From Squalus acanthias (taxonomy: Eukaryota), in the NCBI GenBank assembly GCA_030390025.1, contig CM059438.1, forward strand, positions 41,478,001 through 41,542,000: DNA of 64,000 bases. Reading direction: 5' to 3'. Numbering within the stretch: the stretch's first letter is position 1; every line of letters starts with the position of its first letter. Positions 28,926 to 42,229 of the stretch are shown in pieces. The translations under genes and the position numbers were made by a program. The notes beneath the pieces were generated by a model. It saw nothing but the letters and a program-made list of their open reading frames with translations, was not told where the DNA came from and made no database searches.

Positions 28926-29369
28926 TTTATCTTTGCTGTGAACACACATGCACAGCTCTTTGTTAGTATATAGTTTCTATTTTGCTCTTAATTCTTGAAG
29001 GATTGATACAGTTTAAAAGAAAGACCTATTAATATAGCACCAGGTCCCTTCTCTGAGAGTGTGTCAAAAATACAATTAAATTGCTTTGAAATGCAGTAAC
29101 TGGTGCAATGTTGGCAAATATTTTGCTGAGCACATTATTCCAAAAACAGCAATGAAATGAATGACAGTTAATTTTTTTTTTTATGATGTTGGTTAAGGAA
29201 TGTATGTTAGGCAGGACACTGGGAGAACTCGCTGCTCTTGTACCATGGTATTGCTCATAACCACCTAAAGCATTGAAACAGTTAGACAGGGCATTGGTTT
29301 CACATCTTATCTGTAGAATGGGTTGAATAGCAATCCCTCAATACTGCATTGGAGTGTTAAAGAAGAAAG

Positions 29370-29822
29370 AGCTTGCATTTAATGTAGCACCATTCATAAC
29401 CAGAGGAAGTCTTGGCACTTTACACTCCAAAAAGTACTTAATTGGCTGTAATCACTATTGTAATGTAGAGATATGTGGCAGCCAATTTGTGCATAGCAAC
29501 GACCCACAAACAGCAATGAAAAAAATGATCAGATAACCTGTTATAGTGATCTTGATTGAGGGATAAATTTTGCCCAGGACACTGGGGAGAACTCTCCTGC
29601 TCTTCTTCGAATAGTGCCATGGGATCTTTTACGTCCACCTGAGAGGGCAGACGGGGCCTCGGTTTAATGTCTCACCCAGCAGACGGCACTTCCAACAGTG
29701 CAGCACTCCCTCAGTACTACACTGGAGTGTCAGCCTAGATTATGTGCCCAAGTCCTGTAGTGGGGCTTGAACCCACACAATACTGACACAGAACTGAGAG
29801 TGCTACCAACTGAGCTAAGCTA
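29370..29822 (-). mobile_element. Deu-domain SINE (SacSINE1-like), near full length; second degenerate copy at ~29030-29360
   Basis: tRNA-like head (gcttgaacccac), Deu core (gggatcttttacgtccacctgagagggcagacggggcctcggtttaa) and L2-like tail. Confidence 0.85.
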
Positions 29823-30399
29823 ACTCAAAGTAAATATAACCCACCCGTTTTATATTTCCTTATTATCACACAGCTAGTTTACATCTCTGACAATGAACTA
29901 CTCTGAATAAGTGGATTATCCGTAGCCTTATCAGTACAGCTTTGACCTCTTGCACTGCTTTATCCCAGCAGTTTTATTAATGTTTGACAGCTAGTTCTGA
30001 TTTGTAGTTCTGTGAATCCCTTAGCACTCACACTATTAAAAAAAAAATGCAGGATTGCAGAATAGTGCTTTTAATGATGCAGTGGCTTTTGCTGCATTTC
30101 CATATTAGTGCTGCTCAGTACATTTCAAATGTTTAACTGCGAAGGGCAGCCCTTCCTGTTTTGCTAAAATCTAACTGGAGCGGGAGTAATAATTCATTAT
30201 TTTATCCCCTTTAGTCAACGGGTCTCCATGCCCCACACACCACATTTCTGTCCATGGTCCAATGAGCTCACCACCCTTCTGGGACTTTCAAGGCTGATGA
30301 GCACTGCCGTATCAAGTCATTCCTCCTCATAGCCTCCACTAATATTGCCCTGGAGCTGGCTGCTAGAAGCTGGCCAATGCAACGAATGCCATGGGCTAT

Positions 30400-31900
30400 C
30401 GATTTGTTTATTTTAATTTGAAGGAGTAGGAGTCTCAAAGGTGGAAATTTAAACTAGTTCTGTTGGAGCTCTAAATTATGAAGAGAATTGCAGAACTGAA
30501 CTATTGGATATAAGATTGATTGGAGACGTGATCCAGGTTTTTAAAATACTGAGAAGGGATGATAATCTAGATGCAGTCGAGTTATTTGGATTGTGAGTGC
30601 AAACTAGAGGACATGAATACTAATTTTTACTCGACTTCACATAAAAAGGAATATTTCCCACGGATAGTGAACATAGAAAATAGATACCCAGCTTAGTATA
30701 TATTTCCCCAGAAAATCACAAAATAGATTCAGATGAAGATGGATCCTCAGCTCATCAGATCTTACTAACACTACTATATTTCCATTACAATGTCCAACTA
30801 TTTCTGGTATGCTGGCTCCAGCCACCCTCCCTGGCAAATTGTTCCATCTGTTGACCAGTCTCCGTTTTAAAAAAAAAAAACATTTTCTGTGACCTGTCCT
30901 AAACTTGTACTTCACAACCCTGAACCCTCTTACTTCGCTGCCTTGGTATATCTGAAATTATTATTTTCTGTGTCCTAAGTTTTTATATATTGTACTTATT
31001 TATACAAGGTTTCCTCTGAGGTATCTCGCTTCAAGTTGCTCTCATAGTTCACTCCTCTAATACTGGAGATCAGTCTCATTGTTCTCCTTCGCACTGCCAT
31101 TAGGGCTTGGGTAGCTTCATATCTTATCAAACAAATGTACACAGACTGCCGCCGAGGTTTAACTAGAGCACCGTATAGCTTCAGCGTGACTTTTGGAAGT
31201 TTGAATTCAATTAATTTGTCAATACAACTCAGCATTGTGTTTGCTTTGTTTATTGCTATTGTGACAGCTCGGAGATGTTCCAAGATATAAAGATTCAGTG
31301 TTTTAATATTTCTTTATGGGATTTTGTAGGTAGCTAGCATTGCAGGAATGTAAAAATTTGCTTACTCTGAGCGTAGGCTGGCTAATTGGAACACACGATT
31401 CCCTCGCTCATAGCAATGTAAAAATCCAATTTTGATTAACAGCTCTTTAACTAGAAGCTGCCAGATCTGGGTACAAGTTTAGCATGCTTTTCCCAGCTCA
31501 CTAGTTCTTTTTTTATGCTGTTCTGCTGGGGAGTGGGGGGAGGCAGCTGAGGACTCTGTTTGTCTTTCTCCCTTAAAAGCATGTCATTTTATTGTTTTGA
31601 AAGAAACACTGGGCGATTAGGTGAGGTATTATCTAGTGAAATCTGTGTGTTTGTATTTGCTTCTGTTTTAATGCTACTTAAGGGGGTATGCCCTCTTGTT
31701 CTGGATGCATTGTCTGTATTGAACTTCAGTAGCCACTGATCTATCCAGGTGCAAGCCTTGTCAAACTCTTTGCAAAATCTTACCGTATTTACTGCCACCT
31801 CTTAAGTCCATGGTAACTCCTGGCTTGGTGTCATCGGCGAATTGAACTACTTTGCACTGAGATTGCAATTCCAGGTCATTCGTCACTTGTCTATACTAGG
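30400..31900. mobile_element. Cluster of old CR1 fragments in both orientations
   Basis: Remnants KANTMLSCI..., LYGALVKPR..., WLLKFNTD, ttccgccgatgacaccaag (minus strand). Confidence 0.55.
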
Positions 31901-34089
31901 AAGAGAAGTTCCAGCACAAATCCCACTACCCAGCACCACCCCTCTTCCCGGGACAGGTTCTGATGGCAAAAAATGTCTCGTCTCTTGTTCGTAAACCAGT
32001 AAAATACACTCTTATGAGGAGTTAAATGCTGGTAGTTTCTTGGACTGAGATAAAGTAATCTGCTGATGATGTCACATCTGTGGATAAAGGGAAATATTTC
32101 CCAAGTTTATTTCTCCATGCTTATGGTATTCAGTGGATTACTTATACATTTTAATTGGAAAAAAATACATATATTTCTTTGTATTTTATTTTCCTGCTAT
32201 TTTCTTTCAGCTGAACCTGCCTCCTCCAGGCTTTACCCTTCAGGGGAACAGGAGTCTCGGAAATGTAGGCTGTGGACATCCATAGCCTCTGTCAAAGCCA
32301 TTTCACGATTCGTCAATGAGAAGTGTATTTCTGTCAGGCAGGACTGGTCTGGTCTTGCCAGTGTTTCCTTGTCATTTTACCTCACAAATAGAGCTGTGCA
32401 GGCACAAAGAGCCCTATCTGCGGCCCTGCCGACAACCTGCAGGACTTGCTTGATAAAGACGGGGGTGTTTGAGAATCAGTCAAAGCTGGCATTAAAAACT
32501 GCAGCTATTTAGTTGGGACTAGCGTTGAGCAATGTCGGCCGAGCACCAATTGGGAGGTCCCGCGCAGGCTGCTCACCAGATATACCGCACATACGCCGCT
32601 GCAGCAAATTTAAAGGGCCCTCGCAGGAAGAAAAATTCGAGGGAACATTGGTTACAAGGCAGCTGTGTATACCCGCCTTCCTTTATTCATTGCAGTATTT
32701 TACAGGCACCAGTTTCCCTCCCATACCATGCCCAAGTAGCCATTATTCATGTGTAAGCCTTGACGATGAGTGTCAGCAAGCTGTTTGACTACAGAGGGCA
32801 TCACAGCTCAGTCCAGTTCTGCCCTCACCAAGTGTCTACACACATCAATTCCACAAAGGATTGCTGTAGCAGGGTTCAGCAAGAGGGAGGGGGGAAAATC
32901 TGGCTGATTTTCCCCCTCCCTATCTTGGCCCACTGAGGCCAATTTTAGTGTCCCTAACACTACTCTGCACAGCTTGGTGACTGAACTTGTAACCTTGCTG
33001 GTCTGTATGACTCAGATACTCACTGAGCCACAGGGGGAGCTTGTAATACTTATTTTGAATGAAGTGGACTTGATGACGTAGCGTTCCAGTATTTTATTTT
33101 ATGTTTCAGCACCAATGGAAGTTTTGTATGACCCTTTTATACTTTCAGATGAATTAAAACCATAGTTTAAACAACACAGTACTCTTCACGAGAAGCTCAT
33201 TTTATCGAAGTTTTGGAGAAAGCAAAATTACTTTAAAGGGCCTATTCATAGAGTCTAAATATTACCACTTTTTAAAAATTTTTGTCAAACCTAATCCTAA
33301 TGTGCAAACTTTCGAACAGTGCCATCACGTCTTGTAGTGATTTGCATATTAGGGTTGTACATTCTTCACTGACTTGTCATTCAGTGGCAAGTACATGGTA
33401 GAGAGCATTTCACGTATTCCCCTGTATGCTCGAGCCACATTTGGCAATATTGGGATGAGAATATGATCTTCCAGTCTCTTGTGTTACATCTGTTCTCCTG
33501 TGGTATTTGTGTTTTCTGTGTAAGTCACACTCTATAACTTCTTAGTGGGTTTAAAGGAAAATGTAAACATTTAGAAAAACATGGAGGCCTAGTTTGACAT
33601 TTTATTAGTAGTAGAATCATTTTAGCAATTAAAACTGTTAAGAGTTGTGCTACCAAGATCATGTTTGGAATTCCTATAACTGTAAGAGATGCTATGGAAG
33701 TTGAGTCACTGTACTTTTACTCTAAGCACCATGGACATTTTACTACATTAAAGGTGCTGTATGAATGCATGTTGTTGTTGAACTGACTAATGTATATTCC
33801 ATGAGACTGGTTCAGGTAAGTGGCTTTCTGTTCAATTACATTTTTTAACCTTTCATCAAATTTATGTGTTATATTTTGATGTTAACTTGTATTCAGTGAG
33901 AAGTATATAATATGCATTTTGAAGTAAAATGTAATGAATACATTTTTCTACAGAACTGAACATTCAGTGAACAGTTCCTGATACTGAATGCAGTTGGAAT
34001 GTAAGAGAGTAAATTAGGATTGAAGTGCAGCTGTGGGACTGTCCTTGCTTTCTGTTTATATTTTAGATTAATTATTAATTAACTTGCAG

Positions 34090-34188
34090 GCAGAAAGACT
34101 AATGAAACAGATTGGCGTAAAAAATGTCAAGCTTTCAGAATATGAGATGAGCATTGCAGCCCATCTAGTGGACCCCCTGAGTATGCAG
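34090..34188 (+). CDS. ATAD1: ATAD1 coding exon 2
   Basis: cag|AERLMKQIGVKNVKLSEYEMSIAAHLVDPLSMQ|gtaagg; 99 nt, phase 0/0. Confidence 0.96.
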
Positions 34189-37074
34189 GTAAGGCATGTT
34201 TTAATTGTATTTGGTGTTCTTGCTGTCTTGGAAAGTGAAATGTGGATAGAGTTGAATTACTAATCCTTACATTAGCTATGCACTGTTGCAATTGGAATGT
34301 AGTGGAAATCTCATTAGAGGCAACTAGCCTAATATAAAATTCCATTTTCCTTTTAGCGAGCAATTTAAATTGATTTATCCCCTACCATTGAAGGACCAAG
34401 CCGCCATGTTTTTTGTCTTGCTCCACCTGGTACTATTTGGCCAGTGTTGGATGGTTGCTATACTGGGAATCATGGACATGACACCTGTGCTCTGTTCAGC
34501 AGAGAGTAATGAGCTTTTTCCCTGAATTGAAGTATAATTCAAATTTGGAAATGACTCATTCTTCAGTAATACTGTATTGATATCCTACTAAACTGCATGT
34601 TATATTTCATTCAACCAGCAGATAACCTGATCCCTGGCCCCTGTTAATAGTGCTCTGGAACTGCCAGTAGAAGGTGCAGAAGAGCAGCCTGGGGCAACTC
34701 ATCCCTTTTTAAATCTCCTCTCTATCCATGTGGAAAGTGCTGGTCTTTGCCTCCCTTAACAGCACATCTAGGATTAGGAGCTTGCCCTTTAGAGAGTCAC
34801 AAGTGTGATCTTGTATCTTTGTGGTGCAGTGGGTTGGAGCTCCTCTAAGTTGCTATGCCCATACTTCTAACAAAAAAAAGTAATGTGTTTTCAACTTGGT
34901 TTGTTTCAAGTTTGTCTTGTGTTACGGTGGCTGACAATATGTGTGACTGAGGGCAACAAGTCCACTTTTAATTTCATTCTGACTCTGATTAAATATAAGG
35001 TCAACGGTAATCCTCCTTTAAACAGACAAATCCTGCACTTCAATACGTACTCCTTATCTGAAGCAAATAGAATTTTTTAGTGCGTGTGTTAAAACTTGCA
35101 CGGATAATTCCACACAAACTGACTTACAATGAAAACAGCAACTGCAAATTAAAAATTACTGGCAGAATTTAAAACAAAACTGTAGTGCAGTGGGTGACAT
35201 AAGCTGGTGTTTTATTTTCAATAAAATAAAATTAACATTTTGTTTGCAGTCTAATTTTCAATGTTGAGCTTTTTAATATATGCGTTTAAAAAAAAAATCA
35301 TCAATGTGAATAATTTATTCCGCATGCGAGTTTAAAATGTGATGGGTGGAAAAGTATGTTGCTTTTAAATTTACTAACTTTTGAATCAAGGCTATTGAAT
35401 CCGTTCATAGTTGGGAGAAAAGATATATAAATAAAATTTACAAACCCTCTGCTTCTAAATTTGCCATGTAATCTACCTGCTTTGAGTTCTACCTTTCAGT
35501 GCAGTCTGTGGAGAAAAGGGGAAAAATTGTGAAAGGATAAACTGTATAAATAAAATTTGTGGCTTCAACAACATTGTTTTCAAAATTTAGAATATGAGCA
35601 CATGGCTTTGAAATTGAGAGTTAGAAAGCTGTCTGCTCAGTTGCAATTGCTGAATTATTCTCACTTTTGGAGAGCATAAACTTGGTTCTCATTTAAATAT
35701 GGTCTTTAAAACTGCTGTCTTGTGTATACAGTAAAATAGAAACGAGTCCCTGCAGTAAATTCCAGTGCTTTCTCTCATCTCAGTTCCTGCATGTAGATAC
35801 CAAATAAATAACCCTGGGAATCAAGCTTAGCTATCATCAAAGAAATTCTGAAATCAAGGTCTGAGCCAGGATCATTTTAATCACTTGCCCAACAGCTAAT
35901 GTACTTAAATTTATTTACCGCCTGTTAGACAAATTATGATTTCTTTAACTGCTTGTGGTTTGTTAAAAGCAGCTCATGGTTTCTAAAGTTCTATTTAATA
36001 GATCTGCCAACATAATTATTCTCCGATTCAGAGGCAGGATTCTGTTTTCTTGGAGTTGCCACAAGTTTGTGCACGCACAGCATGTAGACAGTGCATCAGT
36101 GTTACTCCTTCCTCATTTTGCTGTGTGTGATGTATTTCGCATTCCACTGAGAACCAGTTAGGGGCAGTAGTAATTCTGCAGATGAGGTGCTATAAACCAT
36201 AATTTGAACTGAATTTAGTGTAGAGGTCAGCCTCCCCCCCCCCCCCCCACCCCAACATGATGCATGTTAAGCTGCCTTCAATAAATAATGTATGTAAAAA
36301 TAAAAATTATACCTAATGTGGCTTTAGTGCCAGGTAATGTTTATTTTTTTTAAATATCAAATAAGCTACTGCTCCACCATCTTGCGCAAGAAATCGTCTT
36401 TTTAAAATTGTGCCGTGTAATGTCAAAAATACTCTAACGTCCCAATGCAGTTGTGCAGCAGAAACTGCATTAAATCGTGTTACTGATGCATATTTGGTTT
36501 TATAAAACACCACTTTCAGCCAGAATTAAAGTTGGAGGACCATAAAAGGACCATCAGTGTCAGCAATAAAATTGCTCTTTGCCATCTTCATTTTCTACTT
36601 TTCTTTGTAAACATGCCCGTCCAGAATATATTCAAATCCTTGAGTTGGTAATGCTATAAAGCCTCAAGGACATTAAAATCAAAGGGTATCACTAACAGGA
36701 ACAGCTGCTGTTATTTCTACCTTTAGAAGTCACGCGTGAGAAACACTACAGGAGATTCATTTGTAGATTACTAAATATTATTGAATATCTGAGATTTTTT
36801 AAGGCATTTAAGTACTATAATTAGCATTTGAAAAAATGATCTAACTTTTTTCAATAGTTTATTAATGCTTATTTGTACTGCTCTGATTGGATAGATTTGA
36901 AGTACAGCTTATGATCATTACCAAAAAGAAATGGATTTTTAATAAATGGCCAAACAGGAAAATAAAGCTGCCACTGGATCATTTTATTGCACGGAACATT
37001 ATTTCATTGAAACTGCAGTAATCTAACATTTCCAATGGTAGTTCAGATACAATGCTTTCATCTGCTTTCAATAG

Positions 37075-37195
37075 GTTACCTGGGATGATGTTGCTGGCTT
37101 GGACGATGTCATTGCAGAGCTCAAAGACACCGTGATACTGCCGATTCAAAAAAGGCACCTATTTGAAGGTTCCAGGCTGCTGCAGCCTCCAAAAG
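37075..37195 (+). CDS. ATAD1: ATAD1 coding exon 3
   Basis: tag|VTWDDVAGLDDVIAELKDTVILPIQKRHLFEGSRLLQPPK-G|gtatac; 121 nt. Confidence 0.96.
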
Positions 37196-37689
37196 GTATA
37201 CGGGCAGGGTGGGGGGTTACAACATATACATTAATTGGGGCAAGCACGTAGCTTGCATTTGTAATAGTACTTGAGAGGCTATACAGCTAAGGATCTTCAA
37301 CTTGTATTTTGAGCGAGTGGCCAGCCGGCAGGCTTGGTGATGGCAGGCACTACAACTGTATGCAGGAAATCAGCGACTCTGGTCGTTCAGTGCTGGGTGA
37401 TTGAGGTTACAGTGTTATTTGGTAGTATCCAGGATGACGGAGTAGCACGATGTAGAGTTTGCGCTGCTAACCTTAGATGGAGAGGGGACCTCTTAATAGC
37501 TGGGCTAGCTAATTGTAGCTAGTAGGCTGTCCTTTACACTTTGGTTGTGGAGGAGAAGAAAACCACACAGAATTTGATATAGGCTTAATGGAATATCAGA
37601 ATTCTTGTTGATGGACGATACAAAAAGGCCAGAACAGAGAACTCAGCTGCTAGCATGAGAGCTGGATTGCTATTCATATCAGCATTACT

Positions 37690-40140
37690 GCACTGAGTGA
37701 GAGGTATGATATCTGAAAGATGGCACAGGCTTATACCTTCTAGTGCATGCTGTTGATGTAAGGTTTACAGTTTGCAGCAACGTTGCTGTGAACATGCAAA
37801 AAGGCATCAAAGAATGCCTGACACCTGTGAGACGAGCACTGAAACAAAAGTGCTATGCCACCTATTAGTGTCTACACACCAACAGTAAGAAATGAAGATG
37901 AGCTGAAGAAGCAGTTTTATGATGTCACTGCAACACCATCAGCAGACAAACTAATCATCGAGGGAGATTTCAGTGCGTGGGCTGACAGGGCTGCTTGAGT
38001 GACACCACTGAACCCAATGATGTTGGGAAAGCTAATAATGATGGCCACCACCTTGTGACAAAATGTATTGAGAATGAGCTGGTGGTCATCAGCCTAGTCT
38101 TGTGCCAACCAGACATGCTGGATGCATCCATGCTCCATAAACCGGTATTTGATCAATTATATCTTTGGCCGGCAGTCTGACCAGAAGAATATAAAAATTG
38201 CACGTGAAGGAGAACGCTGGACTAATTGTTATATGAAACGCTTAACTCTATTGGCAATCCAACCACATTGTTGCAAAATTGCCTCGAAGCCCATTAGATG
38301 CTTAAATGTGAAGTGGCTTAAGGACTCGAGCAGGAGCTATGTAGAACCTTCAGTGCAGAGCTTCCTTCTGGTGTAGCATCTACAGATGATATCAGTAGCA
38401 AGCGAGTTACACTGAAGTACATGGCCTCAAATGTAACAATACTGTTTCTCGAGCGTAAATGGTGCCGCTCTTGTGATTTCAGCCTTGCCATTAATGTAGC
38501 GATGGCACAATCACTTTGAGGGATTGTTGAAAGGACCGACCAATGTTACAGATGAAGCCATGATAGTCACATAGTGGCCACAACATAATTACATGGATGA
38601 AATCTCCTCAATAGCCAAGGTTAATGAAGCCATCGAGGCAATGAAGATCATTAAAGCTCCAGGACAGAATGGGATTCCTGCAAAGATTTGCATGGGTGGA
38701 GCTTATTGACTCTTCAAAACCATCTGGGTAGTTGGCACCATCCCACAGGACCTAGAACCAGAAGCGGAAAGGAGAGAGGAGCAACTGCTGCAAATATCGT
38801 GGATTTTTTCTTCTTTTGATAGCAGGAGTGCATCTCAATTGCCTGCTTGAAAATGCCATTGAATCAGTCTTCCTCGAGGCCCATTGTAGCCTTCGATAAA
38901 TTGCAACACTATTTGACATGTTTTTCTTCGCTTGGCACATTGAAGAGCAATGCGTGGAATTGCATGAAGACCGCTACACAGTCTTTTCTGTTCTGGTGAA
39001 GGGTTTTGATACTGTCAGCCGAATGGGTCTGTGGAAAGTGTTTTAGTCCACATTCTATTTCAGTTCCATGGTGGAATGTTTGTTGGAGTCGGTGTTGATT
39101 GAGTGCGAGCTGAGTTTTTTTGCCATCACCAGTGAACTGAAACAAAAGTGTGTGCTTGCACCTAACTCTTCAAAACTGTGGTTGATAATGCAACAGGAAG
39201 CTTAGATGTGGGTGTTCACATATGTTTGCACACATCTAGGAGATTCTTTAACCTGTGTAAATGCTTTCATCCAGCAGAAGCCACTTAGAGAATTACTAAT
39301 CACACAAGTAAAATCCATTGATCTTCAATCAGGCGTCCTGTCTGGATTTTGCGTTAATGTGTTTTTGAAAATGCCTAGTCATTTTCTGTGTAAACTGAGG
39401 TTTTTAACCCATTGTGCTGTTACCAATAAAACAATTCAAATCCATAATCTAATATGGACAAAAATCCATTTTTGTTATAGTAATACTGAACTAGGTGATG
39501 TCACCCAGTTCACTTACCTTGATAATGTGTTGTAAAATGCTGCACTAATATAGACAGTGTGTATATAAAAAAAAAAGCCAGCTCTGTGCTTGGAAGACTG
39601 AAAAGTATGTTTGGAATCAGCATGGGATCTAATGCACAACAGAACTGTTGCCATCACCACCCTTCTATAGGGATATGAATCCTGGCGTGTTGCCTGTCTC
39701 ATTCAGTAGCTCGATTAGGTCCACCTCCAATACTTGAGGTTCTTCATGTGCATCAAGTGGAAGGCCAAAATTGCCACGTGCAAGGTCCTCTAGTGTGCTA
39801 GTTCCACCGGCACTGAGGCCATGTTGATGGTAGTACAGCTGCGTTGGTCAGGACATGCCACCTGCATGGCAGAACACAGAATTACAATAAGGATCCCATG
39901 CAGCAAGCTGGAACTTAAGGGCAAGTGGAAGCTGGGTGGGCAACAAAAGAGCTAAAGGGACCCACAAAAACAGCCTGAAGCTGTGCAATGTCACTGCCAG
40001 GAATGGGGAAAGTCTCCTGTCCGATCATACAAGCTGGTGAGCAGCGATACGTGGCAGTGTCAGCCAGGGCAAGCACCCGCTCACAGATTCCCTGAAGGGG
40101 AAATGGCTGGAAATACGAACAGCAGCAGGCTGTTTGGCTC
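37690..40140 (+). mobile_element. Decayed RTE-clade LINE, near full ORF length, in ATAD1 intron 4
   Basis: Ordered motif remnants S.YTPT, KLIIEGDFSA, KAPGQNGIPA, KYRGFFLL, KQKCVLAP, FTYL, QLRWSGHA..M. Confidence 0.7.
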
Positions 40141-40214
40141 TGTGAAAGGTGTGGGAAAGCTGGTAGGCATCTCAACTATTGGCCTTAATAGTCATCAAAA
40201 CTGATTCTCTTTCC

Positions 40215-40480
40215 AACAACAACTTACATTTATATAGCGCGTTTAACATAGTAAAACATCCCAAGGCACTTCACAGGAGTGTTATCAAACAAAATTTGAC
40301 ACCGAGTCCATGAGATATTAGGACAGGTGGTTAAAAGGGTAGGTTTTAAGGAGCGTCCTAAAGTAGGAGAGAGGTGTTTGGGGAGGGAATTCCAGAACTT
40401 GGGGCCTCGGCAGCTGAAGGCACGACTGCCACTGGTGGAGTGATTAAAATCGGGGATGCGCAAGAGGCTAGAATTGGAGG
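40215..40480 (-). mobile_element. L2 LINE 3' end
   Basis: Tail as at 8310; SGSRAFSCRGPKFWNSLP is the L2 ORF2 C-terminus. Confidence 0.75.
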
Positions 40481-41127
40481 GTAATCTTTGGGTACAAAGG
40501 ACCAGCACTACACCTTCCAGTTGTATTTCTACCAACAAGATATATTTATGATCGGATTAGATGAAGAGGGGTGGGAGGAGGCTCAAGTGGAGCATAAACG
40601 CCATCATAGACCAGTTGGGCCGAATAGCCTGTTTCTGTGCTGTAAAGTCTATATAATTTAGTAAGATTGAAGAAAATATGTTGAATAGTGGCACCATTTA
40701 CACTCTTGAGAAGCAGTATTATGCAGTGTAATCCACTTGCTCCTGACATCATCTGTAGGTGCTACAACAGAGGGAAGTTATGCAGTGAAGGTTCTGCACG
40801 GCTCATGCTTGGGTCCTTAAGCTATTTCACATTTAAGCACCTAATGGGCTTCAAGGCAATTCTTCACAGCAGTTGGGTTGCCAACAATAGCTTAAAGCGT
40901 ATCATACAATGATCAGTCCAGCATTCTGCTCCACACAAAATTACACGTGTTCCCAATGATGAGGTGATTATTCCATGTGCACACTTCTAACCTGCTACCT
41001 CAGAAATGTGCTTTGGGGGATGGGGGGAGGGGGAATTGAAACTGACTTTTCTTTGGTTCCTAGTGAAACGATGAAATCCTTGTTTAAGTAACTTTCAAAA
41101 ATGCCATTTTTTGTGTTTCCCATTCAG

Positions 41128-41328
41128 GTGTACTTCTGTATGGGCCTCCAGGCTGTGGAAAAACTCTTATTGCCAAGGCTACTGCTAAAGAAGCAGGTTG
41201 TCGGTTCATTAATCTACAGCCTTCCACCTTGACAGATAAATGGTACGGAGAATCCCAAAAACTGGCTGCAGCTGTTTTCTCGTTGGCTGTAAAACTGCAA
41301 CCTGCCATCATCTTTATAGATGAGATTG
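41128..41328 (+). CDS. ATAD1: ATAD1 coding exon 4 (Walker A, pore loop 1, Walker B)
   Basis: cag|[24 protein letters not shown]...[11 protein letters not shown]...IIFIDEI|gtaagc; 201 nt. Confidence 0.98.
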
Positions 41329-42229
41329 GTAAGCATCTGTAATTTAGGTTATTAGCATTTTGTTCAAGGTCTCTAACAAAGATTGTAATTGCTAATATAG
41401 ATTTGTAATACGTACAATTTTTCTATTTTTCCAGCAGAATAAACACTAATTGAATTATCAGTCCTCTGCTACTGTATACCTTCAAGTCTCATGTCATTCT
41501 TATTTATATTACCCTACATCATTCATGAATTTTACTCCGCAGCTGGCTGCCTGATCCCACACTCCCGATTAGGAGCAGTTGCTCTGAATGTTGCTACTGC
41601 AGTGTTATAGCCCAGCCTCTGATCTGCAGTCCCTTTGAGTTGGGCAGGATTGGTAAATGTATCCTGTGTCTTGCTTAAAGGAAGAGAAAAAAACGAAACA
41701 CATGCAGAATAATGACATTCGGTAAAAATAATAATAGTGTAAATGAGGTTGGAATTGTAACACAATTCTCTTTCGGATGCTGACTCTTGACCCAGAAATT
41801 GACAGCCTCAGTGGTGTCCATCCTTCAATCCTAAGCTACTTGACCTTCTTGACTTTGATGTTGAGCCATGAAAGTCTCTGTGTTCCTCTTGATTTTTCTC
41901 ATCCATTTTTCTTATCAGCAACTCGCACACCAGCTGGCCTGTGATCCTCCAAAATGGGGGAAGTTAAGTACTTGAGGGAGAAAGGCTATGATGGGGTGAG
42001 ATGTAGTGAGGTGGAATGAGGCTTGTGTGGGGCATAAATACTGGCCTGGACCTGTTGGGCCAAATGACCTGTGTCTGTGCTGTAACTTCTATGCAGTTCA
42101 ATGTAATGTCTGCAGTATCTTGTCTGTCTATGCACCAAGGATTTCAACAGTGCTTTTTTTTTGTCCCACAAGTTGAGCATTGGTTATTCGGTATATGCTG
42201 CCCCCAGTTTATGTAGAACCTCTTGCAAT

